Part shown: positions 17,243-27,053 of the stretch, one piece after another
Position numbering within the stretch: the stretch's first letter is position 1
Layout: each line of letters opens with the position of its first letter
Source: Bacteroidales bacterium
GTDB taxonomy: Bacteria; Bacteroidota; Bacteroidia; Bacteroidales; P3
Reading direction: 5' to 3'
Assembly (NCBI GenBank): GCA_031548675.1
Contig: JAVBQU010000068.1
Location: forward strand, 1 to 61,620
Length of the DNA stretch: 61,620 bases
Program-made: the position numbers and the translations under genes
Notes under the pieces: generated by a model
Database searches by the model: none
What the model was told of the DNA's origin: nothing
The model's input: the letters and a program-made list of their open reading frames with translations, nothing else

Positions 17243-19882
17243 ATGAAGAAAATACTATTATCTTTGATTGCTGTAGTGGTAATTAGTTTCAGTGTACAAG
17301 CCCAAATAGATACTGAATTTTGGTTAGCCTGTCCAGATTTAAATGGGGCGCATGGTGAGAGTCCCATTTTATTACATCTTGCCACAGAAGCACAGCCAAC
17401 TACCATTTATGTCGAGCAACCCGCCATGCAATGGAAATCGGAAGCCATTGATATCCCTGCATATAGTTCTTATACCCTTAACTTAACTATCCGGTTACAG
17501 TATCTGGAATGTGTTAAATCAGATGCTGTTGAAAATAGAGGTTTATATGTGTCATCTACTGCTCCTATTATGGCATATTACGAAGTAGCAGATAAATTAA
17601 ATTCAGATTTAATTGCAATGAAAGGAAAATCGGCATTAGGAACATCTTTCTTTGTTGCTGGTCAAAATAGGTTGCCAGGCTATGCAGCATCACGTTTTTC
17701 ATGCGACATAGTAGCTACTGAAGATGCGACTATTGTTACTATTACACCCACTAAAGATGTAGCAGGACATCCAGCTTCCGCAGGTTCGTTTACAGTTAAT
17801 TTAAATAGAGGGCAAACATATTCTATGCAACTGTCTACACAAGGCTTACCGGCAGATAGACCCCTCGGATCTGTAGTTAAATCCAACAAACCCATTGCAA
17901 TAACCTCTAAGGATTGTTCACTTACTCCTGCTAGCTCAAATCCATCTGTTCCAGGAGGATATAAATCCGGCGATGATGTTGCCATGGATCAGTCTATTCC
18001 TATTGAAAATATTGGACAAGAATATATTTTAACAAGAGGAAGTTTGACAACATCTTCATCAGTTCCTGCTCCTGATTTTTTCTTTGTTACAGCCACTCAA
18101 GATTTTACTGAAATCAGTGTTGCAGGTAAAATTGTGGATACTATTAACACTGGGGAAACCTATCAAGGATTAATTAGTACAGAATTTTCAGCTATATATA
18201 TTTATGCTTCCAAACCTGTGTACTTATTTCATATTACAGGTTATGGGGGTGAAGTTGGGGGTGCTATTGTCCCTTCTATTATTTGTACAGGATCTGTTCG
18301 TATTCCTTTTGCAAGAAGTGGCAAAGTAGGAACCATTCCTGGAACCGATGATTCTGATAAAATCAATGGATCTGGATACACCCCCAAATACTTTGAATTA
18401 ACAATGTTTATTAGAAGTGGATATGAAAATGACCTAATACTAACTACTAATAATGGAACACCAAAAAATTTAGTAAAAGATCTGAAAGTTGTTTTCACTC
18501 CTGTAAAAGGGAATCCAGATTGGGTCGCTGCAAAACATTCATTTTCATCATCTGATATCCCTTCAGGCAGTAGTAATGTGCTTTATCAAGACAAAGGAGA
18601 ACCTTTTCACATGGGTATTATTAATGGGGATGAGAACACCTGCCGTTATGGCTTTTTCTCTGATTTTAGAAAACTGGATGTAGGGATGATTGTGGATAAG
18701 CCTAATCAGGAATATTGCGAAGGAGATCAAATTAAATTTACAGCGACTCCCTATGAAGGAGCCTACTATACTTGGATAGGACCCTCTAACAAAATAATCC
18801 AAGAGGGAGCATTTTTAAATGGAAAGAATACATACTATTATCAGAAGCCTAAAATAACAGTAGCTGATACAGGATACTACAAGGTTGTTACCCAGAGTGG
18901 AGGCTGTCAAGCCGACACCAATCGTATTCATATCACTATTTATAAAAACCCTCAATTCCAGTTTGGGAAAGATACAACCGTATGCATAGGAACCACGTTG
19001 TTGTTAGATCCGAAAGTTCCAGACTTAAAATATAACTGGTCAACCGGAGATACAACAGAATCTATCTACACCAATCCCAACCCCGGAATTACCGAATACA
19101 GTTTGTTGATAAGAAACCAATATCCGAATATAACCTGTATCGCTTCCGATACCATTGTAGTAACCGTTTCAGATATACCAGCCGTAAGCTTTATGCCTTC
19201 CCCATACCCCTCCGAAGGTTGTGGAGAAGCAACCATAAGCTTTAAGAACTACACAGACCCCATCAATGCAAAATTTCACTGGGATTTTGGAGATGGCACC
19301 CAATCAGCAGAAGTTAATCCCGTTCATACCTATACAGCCGTGTCCGGAGCCTTATCCGATACCTATGACGTTACCCTTATAGCCAGTAACTCCTCTAACT
19401 GTGCAGATACGATAAAGATAGACAAGGTAATAACCATGTATCGCAAACCCAATGCAGAATTTATCCATCAACCCGAGCCAGTTCATGCCAGTAATCCTGT
19501 AGCAAAATTTATTCCAGCCAGCGAAGAAGTTCCGGGCTTCCAATACTATTGGAATTTTGGCGATGAAAGTACAGATACAACCTATGCCCCATCTCATATT
19601 TATGAAGCAATTACGGCAGAATATACTGTATTCTATAAGGTAACCAATCCTTTATCTCCAAGCTGTGCCGATTCAACCTCACAATTAGTCAAGGTAATAA
19701 ACGATTCATTATCCTATACCAATGTCTTAACTCCCAACGGAGACGGCATCAATGATGTATTCATAATCAAGAATTTGATAGCCCCTAATGGAATGGAGAA
19801 TTATCCCGAAAATACTTTGTACGTTTACAACCGTTATGGCAAACGAGTATTTTATGATAAAGATTATAAAAACAATTGGTAA
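17243..19882 (+). CDS. Paralog 2 of the T9SS type-B-CTD surface protein, truncated by an in-frame TAA inside the CTD (remnant continues in frame to 19996)
   Basis: The track ORF starts at 17180, but alignment with paralog 1 places the start at ATG 17243 ('MKKILLSLIAVVVISFSVQAQIDTEFWLACPDLN'). 'KNNW*PKNLSDGTYFFIFKAKNQFNEKEYKGTITIIGSSGKD*' matches the paralog 1 tail 'QNNWEPKNLSDG..' with TAA in place of GAA. Confidence 0.8.
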   Translation: MKKILLSLIAVVVISFSVQAQIDTEFWLACPDLNGAHGESPILLHLATEAQPTTIYVEQPAMQWKSEAIDIPAYSSYTLNLTIRLQYLECVKSDAVENRGLYVSSTAPIMAYYEVADKLNSDLIAMKGKSALGTSFFVAGQNRLPGYAASRFSCDIVATEDATIVTITPTKDVAGHPASAGSFTVNLNRGQTYSMQLSTQGLPADRPLGSVVKSNKPIAITSKDCSLTPASSNPSVPGGYKSGDDVAMDQSIPIENIGQEYILTRGSLTTSSSVPAPDFFFVTATQDFTEISVAGKIVDTINTGETYQGLISTEFSAIYIYASKPVYLFHITGYGGEVGGAIVPSIICTGSVRIPFARSGKVGTIPGTDDSDKINGSGYTPKYFELTMFIRSGYENDLILTTNNGTPKNLVKDLKVVFTPVKGNPDWVAAKHSFSSSDIPSGSSNVLYQDKGEPFHMGIINGDENTCRYGFFSDFRKLDVGMIVDKPNQEYCEGDQIKFTATPYEGAYYTWIGPSNKIIQEGAFLNGKNTYYYQKPKITVADTGYYKVVTQSGGCQADTNRIHITIYKNPQFQFGKDTTVCIGTTLLLDPKVPDLKYNWSTGDTTESIYTNPNPGITEYSLLIRNQYPNITCIASDTIVVTVSDIPAVSFMPSPYPSEGCGEATISFKNYTDPINAKFHWDFGDGTQSAEVNPVHTYTAVSGALSDTYDVTLIASNSSNCADTIKIDKVITMYRKPNAEFIHQPEPVHASNPVAKFIPASEEVPGFQYYWNFGDESTDTTYAPSHIYEAITAEYTVFYKVTNPLSPSCADSTSQLVKVINDSLSYTNVLTPNGDGINDVFIIKNLIAPNGMENYPENTLYVYNRYGKRVFYDKDYKNNW

Positions 19883-20007
19883 CCGAAGAATTTATCAGAC
19901 GGAACCTATTTCTTTATATTCAAGGCAAAGAATCAGTTTAATGAGAAGGAATACAAAGGAACCATAACCATTATTGGAAGTAGCGGGAAGGATTAATAAT
20001 TATATTT

Positions 20008-20044
20008 AAAGAGACCATCTACTTTCAGATGGTCTCTTTGTTTT
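20008..20044 (+). terminator. Rho-independent terminator after the tandem T9SS genes
   Basis: AAAGAGACCATCT-actttc-AGATGGTCTCTTT forms a perfect 13-bp stem followed by GTTTT. Confidence 0.85.
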
Positions 20045-20180
20045 AGTACCTTTGTGGAAAGAAATTTACAAATATCGGCAACTATTTCCTGTTTGATAAA
20101 AGTAATCCTTTTAATGATTTTGTTAATGCTGTAAAGCTATTCTTGTATAGATTTTGTTGTAATAAATATATCCCATCTTT

Positions 20181-20774
20181 ATGCTGATTTTTAATTTAAA
20201 AGAATTTTTGAGTGCTTTTATGGTGTTATTTGCCATTATAGATATTATTGGTGCAACACCCATTGTGTTAGATATTCAATCAAAAGGGCGGAATATTGAA
20301 GCCGGCAAAGCTACTATTTATTCTTTAATTATATTTATAGCATTCCTTTTTGTAGGAAAGGCATTGCTAAATTTATTTGGTGTAAATATCGAATCATTTG
20401 CTGTGGCAGGAGCCTTAGTGATATTTGTTTTGGCAATAGAAATGATTTTTGGCATTGAGATTTTTAAAAACGACAGTCCAAGTGGCTCTTCCACTATTGT
20501 TCCCATAGTATTTCCGTTAATTGCCGGTGCTGGTTCGCTTACTACTTTACTTTCTCTGCGGGCTGAATATAATATTTTGAATATTATTTTAGCCATACTA
20601 TTTAATATGGGAATTGTATATATTGTTTTGCGAAAAGCGAATGTAATAGAACGTGTTATAGGTAAAGGAGGAATATATATTCTACGGAAGTTTTTCGGGG
20701 TTATTTTATTAGCAATTGCTGTTAAATTATTTTCGTCCAATTTATTTGCCTTGATAGATGTTTTGCAAAAATAG
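20181..20774 (+). CDS. MarC family (UPF0056) integral membrane protein
   Basis: 197-aa ORF with six hydrophobic segments. The N-terminal 'FMVLFAIIDIIGATPIV' is typical of MarC/YhgN proteins. Confidence 0.75.
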   Translation: MLIFNLKEFLSAFMVLFAIIDIIGATPIVLDIQSKGRNIEAGKATIYSLIIFIAFLFVGKALLNLFGVNIESFAVAGALVIFVLAIEMIFGIEIFKNDSPSGSSTIVPIVFPLIAGAGSLTTLLSLRAEYNILNIILAILFNMGIVYIVLRKANVIERVIGKGGIYILRKFFGVILLAIAVKLFSSNLFALIDVLQK

Positions 20775-20778
20775 TTGT

Positions 20779-22203
20779 TTAGTATTTTTCGCTAAATCCA
20801 ATTAAAAATATACGTTTTTTAGCTCTGGTAAGAGCAGTATAGAGCCATCGGGTATATTCTAAATCAGGCTCTCCCGAAGGAAGCCATGATTGCTCCAAAA
20901 AAACAGTATCCCACTGTCCGCCTTGCGTTTTATGGCAGGTAAGCGCATAAGAAAATTTTACCTGTAAAGCATTGAAGTAAGGATTTTGCTTCACACGTTG
21001 AATGCGTTCCTGTTTCCGGCTTAAATCATTATAATCTTCCATCACAGCTTCAAACAAACGATTTCCATCAGCATAGCTAAGTGAAGGACTTTCTAAGTAA
21101 ATCGTATCTAATATAATTTTTACCTCAACAGGAGGATGATCGGGATAATCGACCAAACGAATGGAAACATTGGCAAAGCGAAAACCATACATATCTTCAA
21201 TCTTTCCAATCCTGAGCAATTCAATTACATCTCCATTGGCAATAAACCCAGCTTGAGAATCTTCCGGCAGCCAAAAATAATTATTTTTAACAACCATCAT
21301 ATAATCGCCGCTGCTTATTTCTTCTTCCTTAAATAAAATTCGAGATCGGATTTCGCGGTTAAATATGTTGGCTCGTTTGTTTGAACGACAAATCACAACA
21401 GTATCTTCAAGATTATGAATGTCATAATAATTATGCAATAATTCTTCCAATTCTCCGGGTTCCACTTTTTTAATATCAGAAAATGACGGAAGTTCAAAAT
21501 AGGGCAGATTAAAAATCTGATTTCGTATTTTTTCTCTTAATAAAGTGGCATTATATAAAACTCCTGAAGTTTTAGTTTGCCGTACTATTTCAGTAAGTTC
21601 AAAGGTATATAAATTAGAGACAAAAGTATTTTTAAGAAAATCAATATCTAAAGCCGGACTAATTTCAGATCCTACAGGTGGAAGCTGTGCCGTATCACCC
21701 AAAAGCAATAAACGGCAATTTTTACCTTCAGAAACATAAAAAAATAAATCTTCAAGCAAACTTCTATCGCTAAATAAACGGGCTTCTGCGGTTGTGTAAT
21801 CAGGAATCATAGATGCCTCATCTACAATGAATATAGTATTGGTATGCAGATTTTTATCTAAAGTACAGCGGACACCGCCGAATTTATCAGTTTTTATCCG
21901 ATAGATTTTTTTATGAATTGTAAAAGCTTGCTTTTCAGAATAATTCGAAAGAACTTTAGCTGCCCGTCCGGTAGGAGCTAACAGAACTGATTTTAAATGC
22001 AGAGCAGGCAGAGCTTTAATTAATGCACTTACCAAGGTAGTTTTACCGGTTCCGGCATAACCTTTAAGTAAGTAAAGAATGTCATCTTGCTTATCTGCAA
22101 GGAAATCAACTAAACTATCTATAGCTTGAGACTGCCCTTGAGTAGGTTCAAAAGCTAAATGTTTAAGAATCTCAGATTTTGCTTGCAGGGAGTTATTAAT
22201 CAT
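20779..22203 (-). CDS. RecD/Dda-like SF1 DNA helicase
   Basis: The ORF is open from TTG 22212 and the first ATG is 22203. It has Walker A 'GYAGTGKTT', 'IFIVDEASM' (Walker B) and C-terminal 'YALTCHKTQGGQWDTVFL' (UvrD_C_2-like). Confidence 0.8.
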   Translation of the reverse strand: MINNSLQAKSEILKHLAFEPTQGQSQAIDSLVDFLADKQDDILYLLKGYAGTGKTTLVSALIKALPALHLKSVLLAPTGRAAKVLSNYSEKQAFTIHKKIYRIKTDKFGGVRCTLDKNLHTNTIFIVDEASMIPDYTTAEARLFSDRSLLEDLFFYVSEGKNCRLLLLGDTAQLPPVGSEISPALDIDFLKNTFVSNLYTFELTEIVRQTKTSGVLYNATLLREKIRNQIFNLPYFELPSFSDIKKVEPGELEELLHNYYDIHNLEDTVVICRSNKRANIFNREIRSRILFKEEEISSGDYMMVVKNNYFWLPEDSQAGFIANGDVIELLRIGKIEDMYGFRFANVSIRLVDYPDHPPVEVKIILDTIYLESPSLSYADGNRLFEAVMEDYNDLSRKQERIQRVKQNPYFNALQVKFSYALTCHKTQGGQWDTVFLEQSWLPSGEPDLEYTRWLYTALTRAKKRIFLIGFSEKY

Positions 22204-22218
22204 TCTTACCAATAAGGC

Positions 22219-22788
22219 TTAATCCTTATTTTTTTCTTGCCATTTTTCTAAAGCTTGCATCACTTGTTGAAAAACGCTTTTGGGAGTAATTTGAGTAGTA
22301 TCAATAACAACATCGTAATTGTTTATGTCATTGATATCTAATCCGTATTGTTGTTTAAAACGTAAAGTTTCGCTGGCTTTGCGTGCAATCAGGTTTTTTT
22401 CGGCTTCTACAACATCTGTATAAGCTTCATTTTTTCTTACTTTATCATTCAAAATCCTTTGTGCAGCTACTTTACTGTTAACCAATAAATGTATTTTAAA
22501 TGCTTGAGGAACAAAATGCCAAGCCAATCTCGAATCTAAAATTAACGGAGTGTCTGATTTTCCATATTTTGTAACCATGGCATCACATTCTTCATCCAGT
22601 TCTGGATGAGTTTCCATGTATTGGTTAAATTCCAGAGTTGTCATGCCATATTTTTCGGCAAGCTGGCGTTGTATTTTTCCGACAGAAATAATTTCAATTC
22701 CCAAGTTTTCACTTAGCTGGCTGCTTAAAACTGATTTTCCACTTCCTAATTCTCCCGAAATGGCTATTTTTAAGTTTTTAATATTCAT
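22219..22788 (-). CDS. Cytidylate-kinase-like P-loop NMP kinase family protein
   Basis: 189-aa ORF with P-loop 'ISGELGSGKS' and overall cytidylate kinase-2/AAA_18-like layout. Its stop lies 6-15 nt upstream of the helicase start. Confidence 0.65.
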   Translation of the reverse strand: MNIKNLKIAISGELGSGKSVLSSQLSENLGIEIISVGKIQRQLAEKYGMTTLEFNQYMETHPELDEECDAMVTKYGKSDTPLILDSRLAWHFVPQAFKIHLLVNSKVAAQRILNDKVRKNEAYTDVVEAEKNLIARKASETLRFKQQYGLDINDINNYDVVIDTTQITPKSVFQQVMQALEKWQEKNKD

Positions 22789-22854
22789 GGATTCAGGAAT
22801 TTATATTCAAATTAAAAAATGGATATATTTTTTAATAATCTTGTTTGCAGATAT

Positions 22855-23823
22855 TTATATTTCTCTATCTGCTAATTTATCTATAAATTGAATTAACTCT
22901 GCTTTTTTATCATCAACAACATTAATTTTTGCCAAAGCATCTTTCGATTTTTGCGAATAATATAGAATTTCTTTTGCTGTTAATTGTCTAATATGCAGTT
23001 GTTCATAGATATTTTTTACTGCATTTACTTTTTCGTCTCTTGCAAAATCGGTAGAAGAGAAATAATGCCTTAGAGTTTGTTTTTGTCCATTATTACCTAA
23101 TTCCAAAGCTTTTAAAAACAAAAACGTCTTTTTATTATCCATTATATCCGTACCTGTTTGCTTACCAAATATTTCTGTATTTCCGTAGCAATCAAGCAAA
23201 TCATCCTGCAACTGAAAAGCTAATCCTAAATTAAGCCCGCATTCATAAAATAGATTTGCAATTGATTCCGAAGCATTTGCAGAAATCGCTCCCATTTTTA
23301 ATGCTGTAGCAAAAAATACGGCTGTTTTTAAACGTATCATTTCCATATATTCAGAAATAGTCACGCTTTCAGCAGTTTCAAAATTCATGTCGTATTGCTG
23401 CCCTTCATAAATTTCTAAAGTCATTTGGGTAAATAAATTCAGAAATTGAGCAGTATAGGGTTTTGGATTTCTTATTAAATATTTGAAAGCCAATGAACTC
23501 ATAGCATCTCCTGAAAGAATGGCGATATTGGCATTCCATTTTTGATAAACGGTTTCTTTGCCACGCCGTAAAGGTGATTTATCCATTAAATCATCATGAA
23601 GCAAAGTAAAATTATGAAATACCTCTAATGCCAAAGCAGCATCTATAATTTCGTCACTTTTTCCTCCCAATATTTCGGAAGCTAAAAGAGCAAATACCGG
23701 ACGTATTCGTTTCCCTCCCTGAGAAAGAGCATATTCTATGGGAATATACAATTCCTGAGGCTTGCCGATAAAATTTTCTTTTTCTAAAGCCTTGACTATC
23801 TTCTCTGTAAGCTGAGCTATCAT
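22855..23823 (-). CDS. Polyprenyl diphosphate synthase (trans-isoprenyl diphosphate synthase family)
   Basis: 322-aa ORF with the first aspartate-rich motif 'LLHDDLMD' and the second 'QLQDDLLD', plus 'GKRIRP'. Confidence 0.9.
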   Translation of the reverse strand: MIAQLTEKIVKALEKENFIGKPQELYIPIEYALSQGGKRIRPVFALLASEILGGKSDEIIDAALALEVFHNFTLLHDDLMDKSPLRRGKETVYQKWNANIAILSGDAMSSLAFKYLIRNPKPYTAQFLNLFTQMTLEIYEGQQYDMNFETAESVTISEYMEMIRLKTAVFFATALKMGAISANASESIANLFYECGLNLGLAFQLQDDLLDCYGNTEIFGKQTGTDIMDNKKTFLFLKALELGNNGQKQTLRHYFSSTDFARDEKVNAVKNIYEQLHIRQLTAKEILYYSQKSKDALAKINVVDDKKAELIQFIDKLADREI

Positions 23824-23843
23824 AAATCTTGAAATTCTGAATT

Positions 23844-25151
23844 TTATTTTTGCCTGAAATAGATAATCAAGGGAACTCCTTCAAAATCATATATTTCACG
23901 CATTCTATTTTCTACAAAACGCCGATATGGATCTCGTACATATTGTGGTAAATTTGTGAAGAACACAAAAGAAGGATAAGCCGTTTGTAGCTGTGTAATA
24001 TATTTGATTTTTATATATTTACCTTTGTATGATGGAGGCGGATTTTCATCTTTTACAATGGGTAATATAGTATCGTTAAGTTCGGATGTAGAAATTTTGC
24101 GATTTCGGTTTTTATAAACCCTTATTGTTTCCTCCAGTACTTTATAAATTCTTTGTTTTTTGTGTACAGAAGTGAAAATAATCGGAACATCGTTGAAAGG
24201 TGCAATTCGTTCACGAATAAGCTCTTCGTACTCTTTGTGGGTGTTAGTTTCTTTTTCTACCAAATCCCATTTATTTACTACAATTACAATTCCTTTCTTA
24301 TTTCGTTGTGCCAAACTGAATATACTTAAATCCTGTTGTTCAATGCCTTGTGTGGCATCCAGCATCACTACGCATACATCCGAACTTTCAATTGCTCGGA
24401 TAGAACGCATAACGGAGTAAAATTCAATATCTTCAAATACTTTTTGTTTCTTTCTTAATCCGGCAGTATCTACTAAATAAAAATCGAAACCAAAGCTGTT
24501 GTAACGAGTCATAATGGCATCGCGTGTAGTGCCCGAAACCGGAGTGACAATATTCCGTTCTTCACCTATCAAAGCATTGATAAGTGATGATTTACCTACA
24601 TTGGGTTTTCCAATTACAGCAACTTTGGGTAAATCCAACAAATCGGTTTTAGTCTCAATATCAAAGCTTTTTACAACTTCATCTAACAATTCTCCCGTTC
24701 CGCTTCCATTGATTGCAGAAATAGAATAAATATCTCCTAATCCTAAAGCATAAAAGTCATTGATTTCTTGTAAACGAGAAGCATTATCTACTTTGTTTGC
24801 AACCAAGAAAACAGGTTTGTTGCAACGGCGGAGCATATCGGCTGCATCCTCATCCATAGGCGTAAGACCTTCTTTTACGTCAACTAAAAAAAGAATAATA
24901 TCCGATTCTTCAATAGCTAATGCAACCTGCTTGCGTATTTCTTCTTCAAAAACGTCGTCTCCACCCACAACATACCCACCTGTATCTATAACTGAAAATT
25001 CGATGCCGTTCCAATGCGATTGCCCGTAATGGCGGTCGCGGGTAACACCACTTATCTGATCTACAATGGCATCACGAGTTTCTGTAAGACGATTAAACAA
25101 TGTAGACTTGCCTACATTGGGACGTCCTACAATTGATAAAATATTTCCCAT
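23844..25151 (-). CDS. der: Ribosome-biogenesis GTPase Der (EngA), with two tandem GTPase domains and a KH-like domain
   Basis: 435-aa ORF with G1 motifs 'GRPNVGKST' and 'GKPNVGKSS', 'DTGG'/'DTAG' and 'NKVD'/'NKWD'. Confidence 0.95.
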   Translation of the reverse strand: MGNILSIVGRPNVGKSTLFNRLTETRDAIVDQISGVTRDRHYGQSHWNGIEFSVIDTGGYVVGGDDVFEEEIRKQVALAIEESDIILFLVDVKEGLTPMDEDAADMLRRCNKPVFLVANKVDNASRLQEINDFYALGLGDIYSISAINGSGTGELLDEVVKSFDIETKTDLLDLPKVAVIGKPNVGKSSLINALIGEERNIVTPVSGTTRDAIMTRYNSFGFDFYLVDTAGLRKKQKVFEDIEFYSVMRSIRAIESSDVCVVMLDATQGIEQQDLSIFSLAQRNKKGIVIVVNKWDLVEKETNTHKEYEELIRERIAPFNDVPIIFTSVHKKQRIYKVLEETIRVYKNRNRKISTSELNDTILPIVKDENPPPSYKGKYIKIKYITQLQTAYPSFVFFTNLPQYVRDPYRRFVENRMREIYDFEGVPLIIYFRQK

Positions 25152-25169
25152 AATTCTGATTTTCTATGG

Positions 25170-25177
25170 CAAAGGTA
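25170..25177 (-). promoter_or_regulatory. -7 promoter box TACCTTTG upstream of der
   Basis: The + strand reads CAAAGGTA 19 nt upstream of the der ATG (25151). Confidence 0.4.
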
Positions 25178-25232
25178 CATGAAATCTTTGGCATGCCCAA
25201 GTTGCGAAAAATGTGAATTCTTGTACAGGTGT

Positions 25233-25877
25233 TTATTTAGCAAGAAAATATGAGTTTACCTGATTTAGATAATCCCTTGAATCGGGACCCAAATTAAACA
25301 ACAAATCAATAATGCTTAAATTGGAAATGAATCCATGCTTAGCATCAAAAACCTGCCAATAGGGTTCAAATTGTATGCCGGATACTTGCTTGGGATGAAT
25401 CTTCCATCTTAAATCTATATAATTATCAGGAGATTCTGCAAAAAATTCTTCTGTAAATCCTATTAAAGCGGATATTCGTAATTTTTTCAGTAAAAATTGA
25501 AGCAGCTCTGTATTTAAATTGAGTAAAGTCTCGTATTTATTTATGAAAAAGTGTTCTAACTCATCCCTATAATAAAGAAAATAAGGCGATTTATTATATG
25601 CCGATTCAATAGCTTTCCAATGCTTTTTATTCCAATTATCTGTATATGATATTTCTATGTCTTTTGTAAGTGTATGATTTCCATTAATTTTGTGGATAGG
25701 AATTGATAAGTCCATTTTTCCGTTTGCCGAATAAATTTCAACTCGATTCCTATAACTTTGCTTGAGGTAAGTTTCATGCGTTTCTATATAAACTGATTTT
25801 GCATGAACCAATGCGGCAAAATATTCAATAGGAGGCATATAAGCTGTTGATAATAAAATAATTTTATCTTTCTCCAT
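25233..25877 (-). CDS. WbqC-like family protein
   Basis: 214-aa ORF whose N-terminal 'LSTAYMPPIEYFA....IE.HE.Y.KQSYRNR..I..ANG...LSIP' is the pattern I associate with the WbqC family. Confidence 0.7.
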   Translation of the reverse strand: MEKDKIILLSTAYMPPIEYFAALVHAKSVYIETHETYLKQSYRNRVEIYSANGKMDLSIPIHKINGNHTLTKDIEISYTDNWNKKHWKAIESAYNKSPYFLYYRDELEHFFINKYETLLNLNTELLQFLLKKLRISALIGFTEEFFAESPDNYIDLRWKIHPKQVSGIQFEPYWQVFDAKHGFISNLSIIDLLFNLGPDSRDYLNQVNSYFLAK

Positions 25878-26039
25878 AAAATCTTAAATAAGGAGCAAAG
25901 AAACCGATTTTTAGTCAAAATTTTGTTGAGGTGCATCATAATTTATCAACAATAACTGCAGAGTTAAAGGGAATATTAAAAAATGCCTGATAATCAGCGA
26001 TAAGTATCATTTATAAGCAGTTACTAAAAAAACAACAAA

Positions 26040-26102
26040 AGAAATCAGTTCAATAAAAAATAATCAAACAAGAGAAATCATATAAAATTACAACAGAAAT
26101 CA
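26040..26102 (+). promoter_or_regulatory. Three direct AGAAATCA repeats spaced 33 and 22 bp, abutting the -7 box TACCTTTG (26104-26111)
   Basis: Copies lie at 26040-26047, 26073-26080 and 26095-26102. A fourth GAAATCA lies at 26141-26147 just before ATG 26155. Confidence 0.4.
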
Positions 26103-26154
26103 TTACCTTTGTAGTATATCAAAAATGAGCAGAATTACTTGAAATCATAACTCA

Positions 26155-27018
26155 ATGGCACAGGAAATCTTAATGCAGGATGCTTTTATTGACTTGGAGA
26201 AAATCATTGCCGGAAAAAATCCTAAATTACTAAAATGGATTCCCAAATTTGTACTCTCATGGGTAAAAAAATTCTTTCATATAAAAGAAATTAATCAAGT
26301 AGTTAAAAATCAGAAAGACAAAACAGGGATTGATTTTGCAGAAGGAGTTTTACAAGAATTTGGAAGTGAAGTTACATCTACAAATCCTGAGAATATTCCG
26401 GCTCAAGGTCGTTATATAATGGTAGCCAACCATCCGTTGGGAGGTATGGATGGATTGGCATTTATACAAGAAGTAGGTAAGGTAAGAAAAGATATAATTT
26501 TTCCGGTAAATGATTTATTGCTACATATTCCGGGCTTAAATACGATTTTTATTCCCATTAATAAGTTTGGTAAAAATACCGATAATATTGATGCGCTAAA
26601 CCAAGCTTTTGAATCAGATAATATTATATTATTCTTTCCGGCTGGCTTGGTTTCCCGTAAGCAAGGTAAAAAAAAGATTTGCGATTTAGAATGGAAAAAA
26701 ACCTTTATTAATAAAGCCATTCAATATGAAAGAGACATCATTCCCGTATATATTGATGGTAGAAATTCAAAATTTTTCTATAACTTTGCTTCCCTTAGGA
26801 AAAAATTAGGCATTAAAACTAATTTGGAATTATTTCTTTTACCCTCAGAGCTTTTTAAGCAAAGAGGGATTCGAACAAATTTAATTTTTGGCAGACCGAT
26901 AAAACATAGCATGTTGAATGATAATAAAACGGGTAAAGAATGGGCTGCTCTTATTAAAGAACATGTTTATAGTTTGAAAAATAATCCGGACTTAGAATTT
27001 ACCACTAATTGTTCCTAA
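26155..27018 (+). CDS. glsA: Lysophospholipid/PlsC-type O-acyltransferase (GlsA-like, glycine-lipid pathway)
   Basis: 287-aa ORF with acyltransferase motifs 'VANHPLGGMDG' and 'FFPAGLVSR'. It is immediately followed by an OlsB-like N-acyltransferase gene. Confidence 0.7.
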   Translation: MAQEILMQDAFIDLEKIIAGKNPKLLKWIPKFVLSWVKKFFHIKEINQVVKNQKDKTGIDFAEGVLQEFGSEVTSTNPENIPAQGRYIMVANHPLGGMDGLAFIQEVGKVRKDIIFPVNDLLLHIPGLNTIFIPINKFGKNTDNIDALNQAFESDNIILFFPAGLVSRKQGKKKICDLEWKKTFINKAIQYERDIIPVYIDGRNSKFFYNFASLRKKLGIKTNLELFLLPSELFKQRGIRTNLIFGRPIKHSMLNDNKTGKEWAALIKEHVYSLKNNPDLEFTTNCS

Positions 27019-27053
27019 TAGAAGATTCTTAATTTACTTGATAATTTGATTGA

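Noticed and set aside
20318-20740. Antisense or shadow ORFs in the track, for example 20318-20740, 46783-47292, 11115-11477, 27352-27702, 3662-4003, 51172-51504 and 17680-17985
   Set aside because: Each lies wholly inside a well-supported gene on the opposite strand or in another frame. They have low-complexity or odd composition and no recognisable motifs or promoter boxes.
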